A stretch of 64,000 bases of DNA from Gammaproteobacteria bacterium (GCA_965116495.1 OZ220696.1:1504001-1568000); one strand, 5' to 3'. Positions 37,367-48,192 are shown, numbered from the stretch's first letter. Notes: a model not told the origin generated them from the letters alone. Program-made: numbers and translations.

Positions 37367-39502
37367 CTACGCAAGGTCCCTGGGTATACTGTCCTTCCAT
37401 TCCTTCGAAAAAATGACGCTGTTCTGTTCGTACGCTACAAGGTCGGTGGTTATATGGAAATCCGTCTTGTCTGAGGTCAGGTCAAAATTGGAAATCGTTT
37501 TAATATCCCAGTCTCCTCTTTTGAACTCTATGGAGAAGTAACCACCCCATGCGGAACTGTTCGGATCAGCTCTTTCTATTTCGGAAGTCCAGTCATACCG
37601 TATCCTGAACTCGGTGCCGATAGCGTTTATGCGTAAGCCACCTGTATCACTGACAGTACGAATATGGACCACCCCGTTATCGTCCGGTCCGTTCACTTCA
37701 TGTGAATAATTTCCCGGAACCGTCGGCGTAATGACACTTCGATCATAAAGAGCCGGGTCGGTAAAAGTCAGGTTTTCCAGGTCCGGCGGCCCCACTGGTC
37801 TTTCGGGCAGGAGTAACCGGCTAAGTCCGGTATGAAGTGTTAATTCAACAGCTTCCGGAGAAGGCCAGATCTGCGGCCAGTAGCTTTCCGAAATGGACAC
37901 CCTGATTTTATGACCCTGCTTAAAACGATGAGCGATAACATTCAACGGTACTTCAATTTCATAAACCTGCCCCGGCACCAGCGCTTGCGGCTCTGCATGT
38001 CCATGTCTATGGGTTAAATTCAGGTAACCGGCAGTGACATACCAGGATGAACCATCAGGCTGAATTTCATTCAGGCGCACTGATACCTTTGCAACAGGCT
38101 TGTTGACAGAAAACACAAGTTTGGCCACAGGATGACCGCAGATTTCAATGTCCTGCGTCAGCGCCCCGGAATCAAATGTCAGTGACTTTTCATCATCTTC
38201 AGACTGGTCCCGCGGCAATTCCGTTTCCATGGCAAAGGGAAGCCAGGCGGCATTTTTGAGTCCGACCGTCTGATCCGGTTCCAGGGTTATGACTTGTTCT
38301 TCATCCGGCTCATGCGCCAGACCCGTCCAGTTCAAGAACCAGGTCGTATCCTTTATTCGTTCAGAGGGCCATGTCCGTTCTCCTACCCAACGACCGGGAA
38401 GAGGCTCCGGCCAAACCTGTCCGGGTACCTTTTCCTGTATATATACCTGTAACATGGGTTCTTCCATAATGCCTGTATCAATGCCCTTTAACCAATGATC
38501 CCACCAGCGTACTTCCTCATGGAAGAAGCCAATTGCCGGTCCCGGATCCGCTTCATCAGGCACATTATGGCCGTGTGGTCCGATCAATCCTTTCCTGGGC
38601 GCGTCAAGATTTTCCAGAAGGCGTGGTACTGCATTTGTATAGCCATCGACAAAACCACCAACGGCATAAACTGCGCATTTGATCAGACTGTAGTCCTCAT
38701 TCACCGAACCATGTTGCCAATAACCGTCTCTGCGCTGGTGTTTCATCCAGTTGTGACTTACCGGGCCCACCGCTTCAAGCCGTTTCATCCACTCCTTGCG
38801 CCAACCTGGCCCAAATGTCTCCGGGTCAGGCGGCAGAGACAGGACATTCATAAACAATTGCCCCCATTCCCAGTTCACCCGGCCCAGTGACCCGCCAATA
38901 TAATGCGCATCATCGGTGTAGCGGTCATCAGTACTGCCGTGGGTGACTATCGCCTTGAGTTCCGGTGGATTGAGTGCGGCAATTTGCAGTGAATTAAATC
39001 CTCCCCATGAAATACCGCGCATGCCGACGTTCCCCGTACACCACGGTTGTTGCGCCAGCCATTTCAGCACGTCGAGTCCATCGAGCTGTTCCTGTTTCTC
39101 ATACTCATCCTTCATGATGCCATCGGAATCACCCGTTCCCCGAATATCCACCCTCACTCCTGCGTAGCCGCGTGCTGCGGCGTAGACATGCGCGGGTTCT
39201 GACTTGTTACGATCCATGTCGCGCTTGCGATAGGGAAGATATTCCAGGACCGCCGGCACCGGGGATGCTTCGGCATTGGTCGGCAACCAGATCCTGGCTG
39301 CCAGACGCCTGCCGTCCGGCAGCGGTATCCAGGTGTGCTCGATGTTGCGTATTGCCAGCTTTTCCCTGAGCCTGGCGGCGCGCTTTTTGTCGGACGGTGT
39401 GGATTGGCCACAGGCGCCCAGCACAGTGAGCGAAGCCAGGGCCAGCGCTGATTTCAATAGAACTCGTCTTGATTGATTATGATTAATGTACGAATGCTTC
39501 AT
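37367..39502 (-). CDS. CocE/NonD (peptidase S15) family hydrolase, probable Tat lipoprotein
   Basis: SRRVLLK plus LGAC lipobox; YLPYR, VDIRGTG.S.G, GISWGG nucleophile elbow, PepX_C-like C-terminus. Confidence 0.9.
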   Translation of the reverse strand: MKHSYINHNQSRRVLLKSALALASLTVLGACGQSTPSDKKRAARLREKLAIRNIEHTWIPLPDGRRLAARIWLPTNAEASPVPAVLEYLPYRKRDMDRNKSEPAHVYAAARGYAGVRVDIRGTGDSDGIMKDEYEKQEQLDGLDVLKWLAQQPWCTGNVGMRGISWGGFNSLQIAALNPPELKAIVTHGSTDDRYTDDAHYIGGSLGRVNWEWGQLFMNVLSLPPDPETFGPGWRKEWMKRLEAVGPVSHNWMKHQRRDGYWQHGSVNEDYSLIKCAVYAVGGFVDGYTNAVPRLLENLDAPRKGLIGPHGHNVPDEADPGPAIGFFHEEVRWWDHWLKGIDTGIMEEPMLQVYIQEKVPGQVWPEPLPGRWVGERTWPSERIKDTTWFLNWTGLAHEPDEEQVITLEPDQTVGLKNAAWLPFAMETELPRDQSEDDEKSLTFDSGALTQDIEICGHPVAKLVFSVNKPVAKVSVRLNEIQPDGSSWYVTAGYLNLTHRHGHAEPQALVPGQVYEIEVPLNVIAHRFKQGHKIRVSISESYWPQIWPSPEAVELTLHTGLSRLLLPERPVGPPDLENLTFTDPALYDRSVITPTVPGNYSHEVNGPDDNGVVHIRTVSDTGGLRINAIGTEFRIRYDWTSEIERADPNSSAWGGYFSIEFKRGDWDIKTISNFDLTSDKTDFHITTDLVAYEQNSVIFSKEWKDSIPRDLA

Positions 39503-39754
39503 GGTATTCCCGGCTTACATTTCCAGACCTTAGCTGTTGCGGTGCGCCCGGATCAAGAGCCATCACCGCGAGAGGAATATCCTACTCTACAGGATAAAAA
39601 AAACTATCAAAAATTCCATTAAACTAAAAACTAGACCGGTATTGCTAAATCTAAATCCATCGGACTTACATAATTAACGGGTTTGAAATGTTTAACGGTC
39701 ATTTTGCGGGGACCAGTACTCTTTCAACCTGAAATTGAGCGGAGCTATATAATT

Positions 39755-42037
39755 ATGTCCAAATTGAAAAATGGCATGTCCCACATTGCGTTAGCCGGCG
39801 CTTCGCTGGCTTCGATAATTGCCTTTACAGCATTTCCATCACCTGGTTATGCGCAGATTGAAGAGATAGTAGTTACCGCAAACAGACGAGGTGATGCAAT
39901 GCTTCAGGACATTCCTCTGTCGGTTTCTGCTGTGTCTGCCGACGATATTATCAGTTCGGGCGTAGGCAGTATTGTTGATTTTGTCAAGGCCGTTCCGTCG
40001 GTCAATATCATTCAGAATGGACCAGGGCAGACTCAAACTACCATCCGCGGTATTGCCAATGGAAACTACCGGCCCTCTGAAACTGCAGACCGGCCTCTAA
40101 CCGCAATTTATCTGGATGATGTGCCTATTTCCATCCAGGGCGCAACTCCGGATTTAAAAGTTGTTGATCTTGAACGAGTTGAGATTCTGCGTGGTCCCCA
40201 GGGGACTCTGTTCGGTGCAGGCTCAATGGCAGGGACCATACGTTACATAACGAAGAAGCCGGACACTGATGAATTCAGTGGCCAAATTCAGGGAGTCTTG
40301 TCTGAAGTTGCTGCTTCGGATGACGTGGGTTGGAATGTATCCGGGTCAGTAAACGTTCCGATTACCGAAACACTGGCGTTCCTGGGATCCGTGTACCAGG
40401 GCGAAGATGCCGGATTTATCGACAATGTTGGAACCGGTGAGGACAATGCAAACAGTGTCGAAACTACCCAGGTGCGAGGCGCATTGAGATTTACCGGCAT
40501 TGAAGGGTTGACTTTGGATGCGAGTATCATTCATTCCAATGTAGAGGCTGATGGGAACACTAATGCTTATTTTGGCACAGGTACTCATGACAGGATAATT
40601 GAGACAATTACTCCCGAAAGCTATGACGATGATTTTCTTCTGGTAAATATCACGGCGGAGATAGATATTGCCGGGATGACTCTGGTGTCATCCACAGGCT
40701 ATACCGATCGCGAAATGGATCTTCGTCCTACGGGGACCTTTGAGAATCTTATAGGTGGCCTCCTCCCGCTTCGGGAAAACGATTCATTACTTTCCAATCG
40801 AATTGAAACCTTTACACAGGAAATCCGTTTGCTGTCTGCTCAAGAAAACAGGTTTACCTGGCAATTAGGAGCGTTCTATGAAGATACTGAACGTGTTTAT
40901 GACCAGAATAATATCGCTCCCGGAGTAGACGCGGTTACCGAACTTGACTCGATCCTGTTCTTCGGCGCTGACGCAGCTGATACTTTATTCTTTGGACAAC
41001 ATGACATCGACGAACAGCAACTGGCTTTTTTTGTTGACGTCAATTTCAGGTTTAACGATCAATGGAACATATCTGTTGGCACTCGTTATTTTGATTTTGA
41101 GCAGGAATTTGATCTCTTCTTCAGTGGTCTGGCTGGTTCGGAATATATCCCTAGTCCAAATCCACCACCCGTGTTTTTACCGTTAACAACCGCCGGGAAT
41201 CCCAAGGAAGATGGTTTTACCTCCCGGGTTAATCTCTCTTATGCGCCGAATGACGATGTGCTGTTGTTTGCCGAAGTCTCGGAAGGGTTCAGGTACGGCG
41301 CTGTGAACGAGCCTGTGGCAACGACATTCTGTGGTGGATTAAAAGGCCCCGTATCATTCGGATCAGATGAACTCACCAACTATGCCCTGGGCGCCAAAAG
41401 TCAGATGGCCGACCAAAGAGTTACGCTTAATGCAACGGTATTTTTTATTGACTGGACTGATGTACAGTCAGAGTTTGCATTGGATTGTGGCTATTACTAC
41501 CGCGTAAATGAGGGTACCGTGCACAGTGCAGGTGTCGAGCTGGAAACTGCGTTCCAGTTAACTGAAAACTGGATGGTAGGACTGAATTCCAGTTATACAA
41601 ACGCCGAAGCCCAGGATGACGTCTTTTCCCCGGGTGCATTCGGCCCTCCAGGAGTTGTGGCTCTGGATGGGCAAAAAGCACCGTTGTTTCCTGAGTGGAT
41701 TGTATCGTTTCACACAGAATACAGCGTACCTCTCGCCATTGCCGGAGGTGGGAGTTTGACCTTGAGAGGAGATATTCAGTATCGCGATGAATACGGTAAT
41801 ATATTTGCCACGGGGAATTCACTATATAGAGTGACTCCAAGTCAAACACTACTGAACGCTTCCGTGAATTACGTGTCAGATCGTTGGGAGGTTGGCCTGT
41901 TTGGCACCAATTTGACCGATAGCAAGAATGTTGCGATTATCACTGCCAATCCTGGAGGAGCCTTTCCAGGGTATGAAGACAGTCGTTTCCACGGTAGTCC
42001 CAGGACGATTGGTATACGAAGGAAGGTAAACTTCTGA
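39755..42037 (+). CDS. TonB-dependent receptor
   Basis: IEEIVVTA, DLERVEILRGPQGTLFG, NLTD...PRTIG, terminal F; start ATG 39755 with GGAG upstream. Confidence 0.94.
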   Translation: MSKLKNGMSHIALAGASLASIIAFTAFPSPGYAQIEEIVVTANRRGDAMLQDIPLSVSAVSADDIISSGVGSIVDFVKAVPSVNIIQNGPGQTQTTIRGIANGNYRPSETADRPLTAIYLDDVPISIQGATPDLKVVDLERVEILRGPQGTLFGAGSMAGTIRYITKKPDTDEFSGQIQGVLSEVAASDDVGWNVSGSVNVPITETLAFLGSVYQGEDAGFIDNVGTGEDNANSVETTQVRGALRFTGIEGLTLDASIIHSNVEADGNTNAYFGTGTHDRIIETITPESYDDDFLLVNITAEIDIAGMTLVSSTGYTDREMDLRPTGTFENLIGGLLPLRENDSLLSNRIETFTQEIRLLSAQENRFTWQLGAFYEDTERVYDQNNIAPGVDAVTELDSILFFGADAADTLFFGQHDIDEQQLAFFVDVNFRFNDQWNISVGTRYFDFEQEFDLFFSGLAGSEYIPSPNPPPVFLPLTTAGNPKEDGFTSRVNLSYAPNDDVLLFAEVSEGFRYGAVNEPVATTFCGGLKGPVSFGSDELTNYALGAKSQMADQRVTLNATVFFIDWTDVQSEFALDCGYYYRVNEGTVHSAGVELETAFQLTENWMVGLNSSYTNAEAQDDVFSPGAFGPPGVVALDGQKAPLFPEWIVSFHTEYSVPLAIAGGGSLTLRGDIQYRDEYGNIFATGNSLYRVTPSQTLLNASVNYVSDRWEVGLFGTNLTDSKNVAIITANPGGAFPGYEDSRFHGSPRTIGIRRKVNF

Positions 42038-42079
42038 CAATATCGTAGCTATTGATAACCGGCACATTCTGCCGCACTT

Positions 42080-42560
42080 TCAGTAATTTACCGTCACTAT
42101 CCCGGCGGGTATTTGCATTCCCCGCACTTCCCAGATAATAACTAACACTTTCTCTCTCTGGCGGCCATTGTTTGAATTGTTTCCATGCGTTGAGCCCATG
42201 GATATATATCTCAGCCTGAGGTCGTTGTAGCGCGTCGTTTTCCTTGCCCTTTATCCAGAAGTCAAACCAGTCTGTATATACGGAGAGATAATCGTATCGC
42301 GCATCGCCAATGGGACGTTCACCATTGATCGTCTGTTCGGATTCCCTGCCCATGCTGCAATGGTCCAGACCTGAAATAATTGTCTTCTGGTCAGCATCGA
42401 CATCGGCTTCACCCGCGCGGGAAACAACATGTTCAAAGGTGGCCATATTGGCATCAAGACCGATACCATGAACCTGGAACACCCATAGCGCAGGCACACC
42501 AAAGGGATCGCCTTCATTATAGAAATTCTCCTCTGCCCAGCGTGGGTCATTGGGGTACCG
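42080..42560 (-). pseudogene. Internal fragment of a second CocE/NonD hydrolase
   Basis: VPALW...GER.IGDARYDY...WFDFWIKG.EN...N.W....WPP....YYL...G.AN; catalytic N-terminus and C-terminus absent. Confidence 0.65.
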
Positions 42561-42629
42561 CTGCTGACTAAAATAAGTGTTATTTTGGAATGGTCTTGAC
42601 CAAAATAAAATCTTATTTATAATAGTCGA

Positions 42630-43751
42630 ATGCGATACTTGCTGCCCAAGCTGCAAAAAGACCTGGAAAAGAAAATGGTCATACTGGCCGGCCCGCGCCA
42701 GTGCGGCAAGACGACCCTGGCCAAATCATTGCTGGATAAAGACGGTGAATACCTCAACTGGGACATCGTTAAAGACCGCAGGATTATCCGGGACATTGCC
42801 TGGCCCAAGGATGCCTCCCTGGTGGTGCTGGATGAATTGCATAAGGCCCCCAAGTGGAAAAACCTGCTGAAAGGCGTGGCGGACGAATTCGGCAACAACC
42901 CGCCCGTGCTCGTCACCGGCAGTGCCCGTCTTGACAGCTTCCGCAGAACCGGTGACGCTTTGACCGGCAGGCACTACTTTTATCGGCTGCACCCCATCGA
43001 CGTCGCCGAATCGAAACGCTTCCTGCCCAAGCTTGATCTCGCTGATCGCGTACAGCGATTGCTGCAAACCGGAGGATTTCCCGAGGCCTTTCTCAACCCG
43101 AGTGAAGCTGCCCGGTTGCTCAATGACCGCCTGGAACTGGTCGTCAAGGAAGATAGCCGCGACCTGTCCCGGATCAGTTCCTGGCGCGGCGCTGCCGACC
43201 TGGTGGAACTGCTGCGCGAATGCGTGGGGAAACCGGTCAAGTACGACAGTCTTGCCCGGGATTTGAGGATATCACCACCAACGGTCAGAAGTTGGATTGA
43301 ACTGTTGGAGAAACTTTATATCGTTTTTTTGCTGCCGCCATATTCAAGCCGTCTTTCCCGCAGTATTCGTAAGGAAAAACGGGTGTTCTTTTTCGATTGC
43401 GCCGCGGCTTATGATGAGACACAGGGCGCACAACTGGAAAACCTGGTCGCCTGCTGCCTGTTGAAGCACATCCAGTTCAGAAAAGACACCACCGGGGAAA
43501 ACTGGGATTTATTCTATTTACGGGATAAGGAAAAACGGGAAGTGGATTTCGTCGTCACGCTCAACCGGCGGGTGTATTGGCTTATTGAGGTTAAAAAATC
43601 GGATGACAGCATCAGCAACAGCCTCAGGTATTACACAGACAGGCTGCAGCCGGAAGAATCCATACAACTTGTATTACAACTCGACCGCGCCCGGGAAAAG
43701 TACGGGATTAAGACTTTGCCTCTCGGAAAGTGGTTGGAGAGTGTTGGTTAA
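42630..43751 (+). CDS. AAA_14 ATPase with DUF4143 domain
   Basis: GPRQCGKTT, LDELH, VTGS, LTGR, GGFP, REVDFV...IEVK. Confidence 0.92.
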   Translation: MRYLLPKLQKDLEKKMVILAGPRQCGKTTLAKSLLDKDGEYLNWDIVKDRRIIRDIAWPKDASLVVLDELHKAPKWKNLLKGVADEFGNNPPVLVTGSARLDSFRRTGDALTGRHYFYRLHPIDVAESKRFLPKLDLADRVQRLLQTGGFPEAFLNPSEAARLLNDRLELVVKEDSRDLSRISSWRGAADLVELLRECVGKPVKYDSLARDLRISPPTVRSWIELLEKLYIVFLLPPYSSRLSRSIRKEKRVFFFDCAAAYDETQGAQLENLVACCLLKHIQFRKDTTGENWDLFYLRDKEKREVDFVVTLNRRVYWLIEVKKSDDSISNSLRYYTDRLQPEESIQLVLQLDRAREKYGIKTLPLGKWLESVG

Positions 43752-43755
43752 TGCC

Positions 43756-44220
43756 TCAACTTCGAACGGCGATACATTCAACTTCCACCTGCGCGCCGAT
43801 AGCGAGTCCGTTGGCGCCGAACGCGCTCCTGGCCGGGTAGCGCTCATCAAACCAGGTTTTGTAGACCTCGTTGAACGTTGCCCATTGGGATATATCCGCC
43901 AGCATGACCAGGCACTTGACGAGGTCGTTCATGGAATAGCCGTGCGCTTCCAGGCTCGTTTTGATGTTCTCCATTGTCTGCCGTGTCTCTCCTTCCAGCC
44001 CCCCGGGCGCGAGATTCATGGTGCCGGGGACAATGCCGACCTGGCCGGACAGGTATAGCGTGTCGCCCACACGCACTGCTTCGGACAGGGGGAGGCCGGC
44101 GGGGAAAACCTTGCCGGAATTGAGATACTCTGCAGAAGCTGCGTCATCAGCCGATAGCGGCGCAGCTATACTGCTTATAATAACCGCACAAATAATCAAT
44201 ATATTGCTTGTTTTACTCAT
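43756..44220 (-). CDS. RidA/YjgF-family protein with signal peptide
   Basis: LYLSGQVG, FNEVY, PARS, VEVECIA; hydrophobic N-terminal leader. Confidence 0.9.
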   Translation of the reverse strand: MSKTSNILIICAVIISSIAAPLSADDAASAEYLNSGKVFPAGLPLSEAVRVGDTLYLSGQVGIVPGTMNLAPGGLEGETRQTMENIKTSLEAHGYSMNDLVKCLVMLADISQWATFNEVYKTWFDERYPARSAFGANGLAIGAQVEVECIAVRS

Positions 44221-44361
44221 GTTTGTTGCTCACTTGTTTGAATTTGGGTTTTTTTACTCTGTGCCGGCATGAATCACATAACTCTCAGCAAAGGCAGCAG
44301 TGCTCAGTAATAGCACAACAACGGTAAGTAAGTGTTTCATTAAATTCGCTCCGTTATTTCC

Positions 44362-44385
44362 GGGGACAGAATTAATTCTGTCCCC
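44362..44385. repeat. Perfect 24-bp palindrome (GGGGACAG family)
   Basis: GGGGACAGAATTAATTCTGTCCCC. Confidence 0.75.
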
Positions 44386-44452
44386 AATGATGTGGGTTAT
44401 ATGCTACCGGGGTGAACTGAGCCCTGATCATGAGGTTTTGCTCCGTTATGTA

Positions 44453-45643
44453 TTAATGATGTATATCACAAACAGGCAATTCCGGCAGCGATTCTCCGGC
44501 CTCACCGTTCGCGGCAAGCATCTTGCGTGCAATCAGTTGCTGGAACTGCAGGGTTGATTGCTCCTGTGCCGGCGCAAACACGCCGCCGCTGAATGCCTCC
44601 GATCCCCTGCCATGCTGGGCCAGTTCACAGATGCCGATGTCCTCGCTGTTGACCTGGGCAAGCAGGTCCATGAGTTTCTGCCGTTCAGACTGCAGGTCCG
44701 GACTTGTGGCGTCTTCACCGATGAGAAACATTTCGATGCGTTCGGCTGTCCGGCCCGGCGACTCCGGTATGAGGATATTGGCAAACATGAAGTCGGACAT
44801 GGTTATCAGGATAAGATTGGTGGGTACATACATGGATTCACCCATACCCTGTTCATCCTCTTTCAAGGCGGGAAAGCTTTTGAACCTACCGGCATAGACA
44901 TCGTCCGGGTTGTTTGCTTTTACACCTTGACCTATATAGTGATCCGCTCCCAGTATCTGGTAGTGCTCGCCCATGGGATTGAACGCATTCATGGAGGGGT
45001 GGACCCACGGCAGGTGATAGCTCTCCACGAAATTCTCCACAATCAGTTTCCAGTTGGCGTTGACGACCGGCCGCTGCCCCAGGTCCGGCACGTGCCCAAG
45101 CAATGACAGGTCAATCCGCCTCCAGCGTTCGGTCAGGGGTTGCAGGTGTTGTTCCAGGCCGGCTGCATCACTAGACAGGTTAACGAATACGAGGCCCGCC
45201 CAGGTCGATGAGCGCACTTCCTTCAACCCCAGCCGGCTTTTATCAATATCATCGCACTCATGGACGTCTACCCCGCCGGCATGGGGTGTCTGTTTCAATT
45301 GCCCGTCGAGTCCGTAGGCCCAGGCATGGTAGGGGCAGACGATGGTGGCACATTTGCGCGCATCGCTGATGAGTTGCGTGCCGCGATGGCTGCACACGTT
45401 GTGAAACACGCGCAACGCGGCATCGCGCCCGCGCACGATAAGCAACGGCTGGCCCAGAATGGTCACCGGGTAGACGTCGCCCGGTTCTTGCGCGTCATCG
45501 GCAAGACCGATACAGAGCCAGGAGTTGCGGAAGAAGTACTCTTTTTCGAATGCCAGCACCTCATTTGAAGTAAAAAACCAGCCGGGCATGCCCTCGCCGT
45601 CAAACAGCGTTTCCCTGAGTCGATCAGTTACTTTGCGGAGCAC
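44453..45643 (-). CDS. Rieske oxygenase alpha subunit (choline monooxygenase-like)
   Basis: CSHRG...CPYHAW; NWKLIVENFVESYHLPWVHP; ED...E..Q.G. Confidence 0.9.
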   Translation of the reverse strand: MLRKVTDRLRETLFDGEGMPGWFFTSNEVLAFEKEYFFRNSWLCIGLADDAQEPGDVYPVTILGQPLLIVRGRDAALRVFHNVCSHRGTQLISDARKCATIVCPYHAWAYGLDGQLKQTPHAGGVDVHECDDIDKSRLGLKEVRSSTWAGLVFVNLSSDAAGLEQHLQPLTERWRRIDLSLLGHVPDLGQRPVVNANWKLIVENFVESYHLPWVHPSMNAFNPMGEHYQILGADHYIGQGVKANNPDDVYAGRFKSFPALKEDEQGMGESMYVPTNLILITMSDFMFANILIPESPGRTAERIEMFLIGEDATSPDLQSERQKLMDLLAQVNSEDIGICELAQHGRGSEAFSGGVFAPAQEQSTLQFQQLIARKMLAANGEAGESLPELPVCDIHH

Positions 45644-45647
45644 GGCC

Positions 45648-48068
45648 TCATTTCCTCAGTTTCTCTCCGCCGGGGTCGTAGGCCGGGACATCCAGCACTG
45701 ATGCGCGCCGGCGTTCTCCCAGAATCGATACTTCCAGCTCTTTTTGCTCCATGTGTTCGGCATACAGGTAACCCATGGCCAGGCTTTTCCCTGTCGTGTG
45801 CCCGTACCCGCCTGATGTGGTATAGCCGGCGACCTTGTCAGCGACCCAGAGCGGTTCAAAACCACCGGCTTCGGTTTTTTCGGTGTCTATTTCCAACGTC
45901 ACCAGTTTCTGTGCCGGGTCCGTATCCCGGTCCCGCAGCGCCGCAGTGCGACCGATAAATCCCGGTTTGTCGTAATCGACAAACCCGTCCAGTCCGCAGG
46001 CAACCGGTGTATAGTCGGGGCTGAACTCACGGGACCAGATACCGTAGGATTTTTCCAGGCGCAGGGACAGCAGCGCATAAATGCCGTAGGTGCGAAGTTC
46101 ACAACCCATATCCTGTGCCGCGGATTTTAATTTGCCGTACACGGGCGTCAGGTCTTCCGGCCGCAGGTACAGTTCATAACCCATTTCACCTGTAAGGGAG
46201 ATGCGTCCGACCAGGGCATTACATCCTCCAACCTGCATCTCCTGCATTGCCAGAAAGCCAAATTCCCTGTTATTCACCGATGATTCGGTCACTGCCTGCA
46301 CAATCTCCCGGGCGTTCGGACCGGAGACTGCCAGACCGGCGCGCGTATCCGTCAGGTCCTCGATGCTTACCTTCTCCTTGTTGAGATGGTCATGAAACCA
46401 GCGCAGGTGAAAGCGCTGCAGGTAACCGGAACCGAACAGGCAGAAGCGATCTTCAGCGGGGCGCCAAACGGTCAGGTCGCCCATCAGGCGGCCGTTCTGC
46501 GCCAGCATAGGCGCCAGGCGGATGCGCCCGGGCTCCGGCAGTCCGGATGCGAGAAGACGGTCCAGCCAGGCTTCAGCGCCGGCGCCGGAGACCTCGTACT
46601 TGCCGTAGCCGGAGATATCCAGGATTCCCGCCGAGGCCCGTACGGCGCGGCATTCCTCTCCCACCGTCGGGAAGGCATTGGAACGATGGAAGCCGGGCGT
46701 TTCAACGGGTGCTTCCTGCTCAGGTGCGAAGAACATGGGCAGTTCAAGACCGTCGCTGACTCCGAACACGGCGTTGTCCTGTCGAAACGTATCATGGAGG
46801 GGCGTGGTCCGTGCCGGGCGTCCGGCCGGCCAGAATTCGTTGGGATACGTCATACGCATGCGCCGTTCGTAGAATTCGCCGGCCCTGGCCCGGGTATAGA
46901 CCTTGTCCGCGTAAGCGCCGAAACGGGCAATGTCCATGCCGAACACGTCCCCGTCCGGCTGGCCGTCGATCAGCCACTGGGCCAGCGTGAGGCCGATACC
47001 GCCGCCCTGGGCAAAACCGGCCATGACCCCGCAGGCGACCCAGTAGTTATCAATTCCAGGTACCGGGCCCACCAGGGGATTGCCGTCCGGCGAGAATGTA
47101 AAAGGGCCGTTGACCACCCGCTTGATACCGGCGTCGGCAACCTCGGGAAAGCGGGCGAAACCTTTTTCCAGCGCACCGTACAGCCGCTCAATATTTTCCG
47201 GCAACAAATCATTTTCGCCGAACTCCCACGGGGTCCCGTCCACTGCCCATGGAGTTGCCGGCGTTTCGTACACGCCCAGCAGGACGCCATTTTGCTCCTG
47301 GCGCAGGTATATCTCGCCGTCCAGGTCCACGATGGTGGGTAATTCCCGGGAGCGATCCTGTAAGCCGGGCAAGCCGCCGCTGATCAGGTAGTGATGTTCA
47401 AATGGTAATAACGGCAACTGCACACCTGCCATCTCGCCCACTTCCCGCGCCCACAGGCCCGCGGCGTTGACCACGTGTTCCGCCGTGATGTTGCCCTTGT
47501 CGGTAATGACCTCCCAGCCGCCGTCCCGTAGCGGTTTTAAGGCATCCACCCTGGTATGCCGGTAGACGGCGGCGCCCTGCTGCCTGGCAGCTTTTGCATA
47601 GCCATGGGTAATCCGGTAGGGGTCGATATGACCCTCGTCGGCCATGTAGATGCCGCCTTTCAGTCCTGTCACGTCGACGATGGGGCAGAGTTCGCGTATT
47701 TCCGCAGGACCGATGAGCTCCGATTCTATGCCCATGAACCTGTGCCGCGCGGCCTCGTTTTTCAGAAAGTCCCACCAGGCATCGGTAGCGGCAAGATTGA
47801 TGCCGCCGGTCAGGCGTATGCCGACCGGCTCACCTGTGATCTTTTCGATTTCGTGGTACAGGTCGATGGTGTATTTCTGCAGGCGGGCAACATTCGGATC
47901 ACCGTTGAGGGTATGGAACCCCCCGGCAGCATGCCAGGTGGACCCGGCGGTCAATTCCTTGCGTTCCAGCAGGACCACGTCCTGCCAGCCCAGCCTGGCA
48001 AGGTGGTACAGAATACTGCAGCCGACGACGCCGCCGCCGATCACAACGACCCTGGAATGTGTCTTCAC
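45648..48068 (-). CDS. GcvT-family FAD-dependent oxidoreductase, second paralogue
   Basis: GGGVVG, STWHAAGGFH, FSPDGNP, GEMGYE, SLRLEK. Confidence 0.92.
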   Translation of the reverse strand: MKTHSRVVVIGGGVVGCSILYHLARLGWQDVVLLERKELTAGSTWHAAGGFHTLNGDPNVARLQKYTIDLYHEIEKITGEPVGIRLTGGINLAATDAWWDFLKNEAARHRFMGIESELIGPAEIRELCPIVDVTGLKGGIYMADEGHIDPYRITHGYAKAARQQGAAVYRHTRVDALKPLRDGGWEVITDKGNITAEHVVNAAGLWAREVGEMAGVQLPLLPFEHHYLISGGLPGLQDRSRELPTIVDLDGEIYLRQEQNGVLLGVYETPATPWAVDGTPWEFGENDLLPENIERLYGALEKGFARFPEVADAGIKRVVNGPFTFSPDGNPLVGPVPGIDNYWVACGVMAGFAQGGGIGLTLAQWLIDGQPDGDVFGMDIARFGAYADKVYTRARAGEFYERRMRMTYPNEFWPAGRPARTTPLHDTFRQDNAVFGVSDGLELPMFFAPEQEAPVETPGFHRSNAFPTVGEECRAVRASAGILDISGYGKYEVSGAGAEAWLDRLLASGLPEPGRIRLAPMLAQNGRLMGDLTVWRPAEDRFCLFGSGYLQRFHLRWFHDHLNKEKVSIEDLTDTRAGLAVSGPNAREIVQAVTESSVNNREFGFLAMQEMQVGGCNALVGRISLTGEMGYELYLRPEDLTPVYGKLKSAAQDMGCELRTYGIYALLSLRLEKSYGIWSREFSPDYTPVACGLDGFVDYDKPGFIGRTAALRDRDTDPAQKLVTLEIDTEKTEAGGFEPLWVADKVAGYTTSGGYGHTTGKSLAMGYLYAEHMEQKELEVSILGERRRASVLDVPAYDPGGEKLRK

Positions 48069-48192
48069 GCCTGTTCTTTCTTCTTATGCTTTCAGCAGGA
48101 TGAGCAGAATATTGCAACGATGCGCCGGAAAAATAGTGAAGCCGTTTTGTTTTTTTGGAGGATAGGTGTTGCGATATTCGCCGTGACAACAA

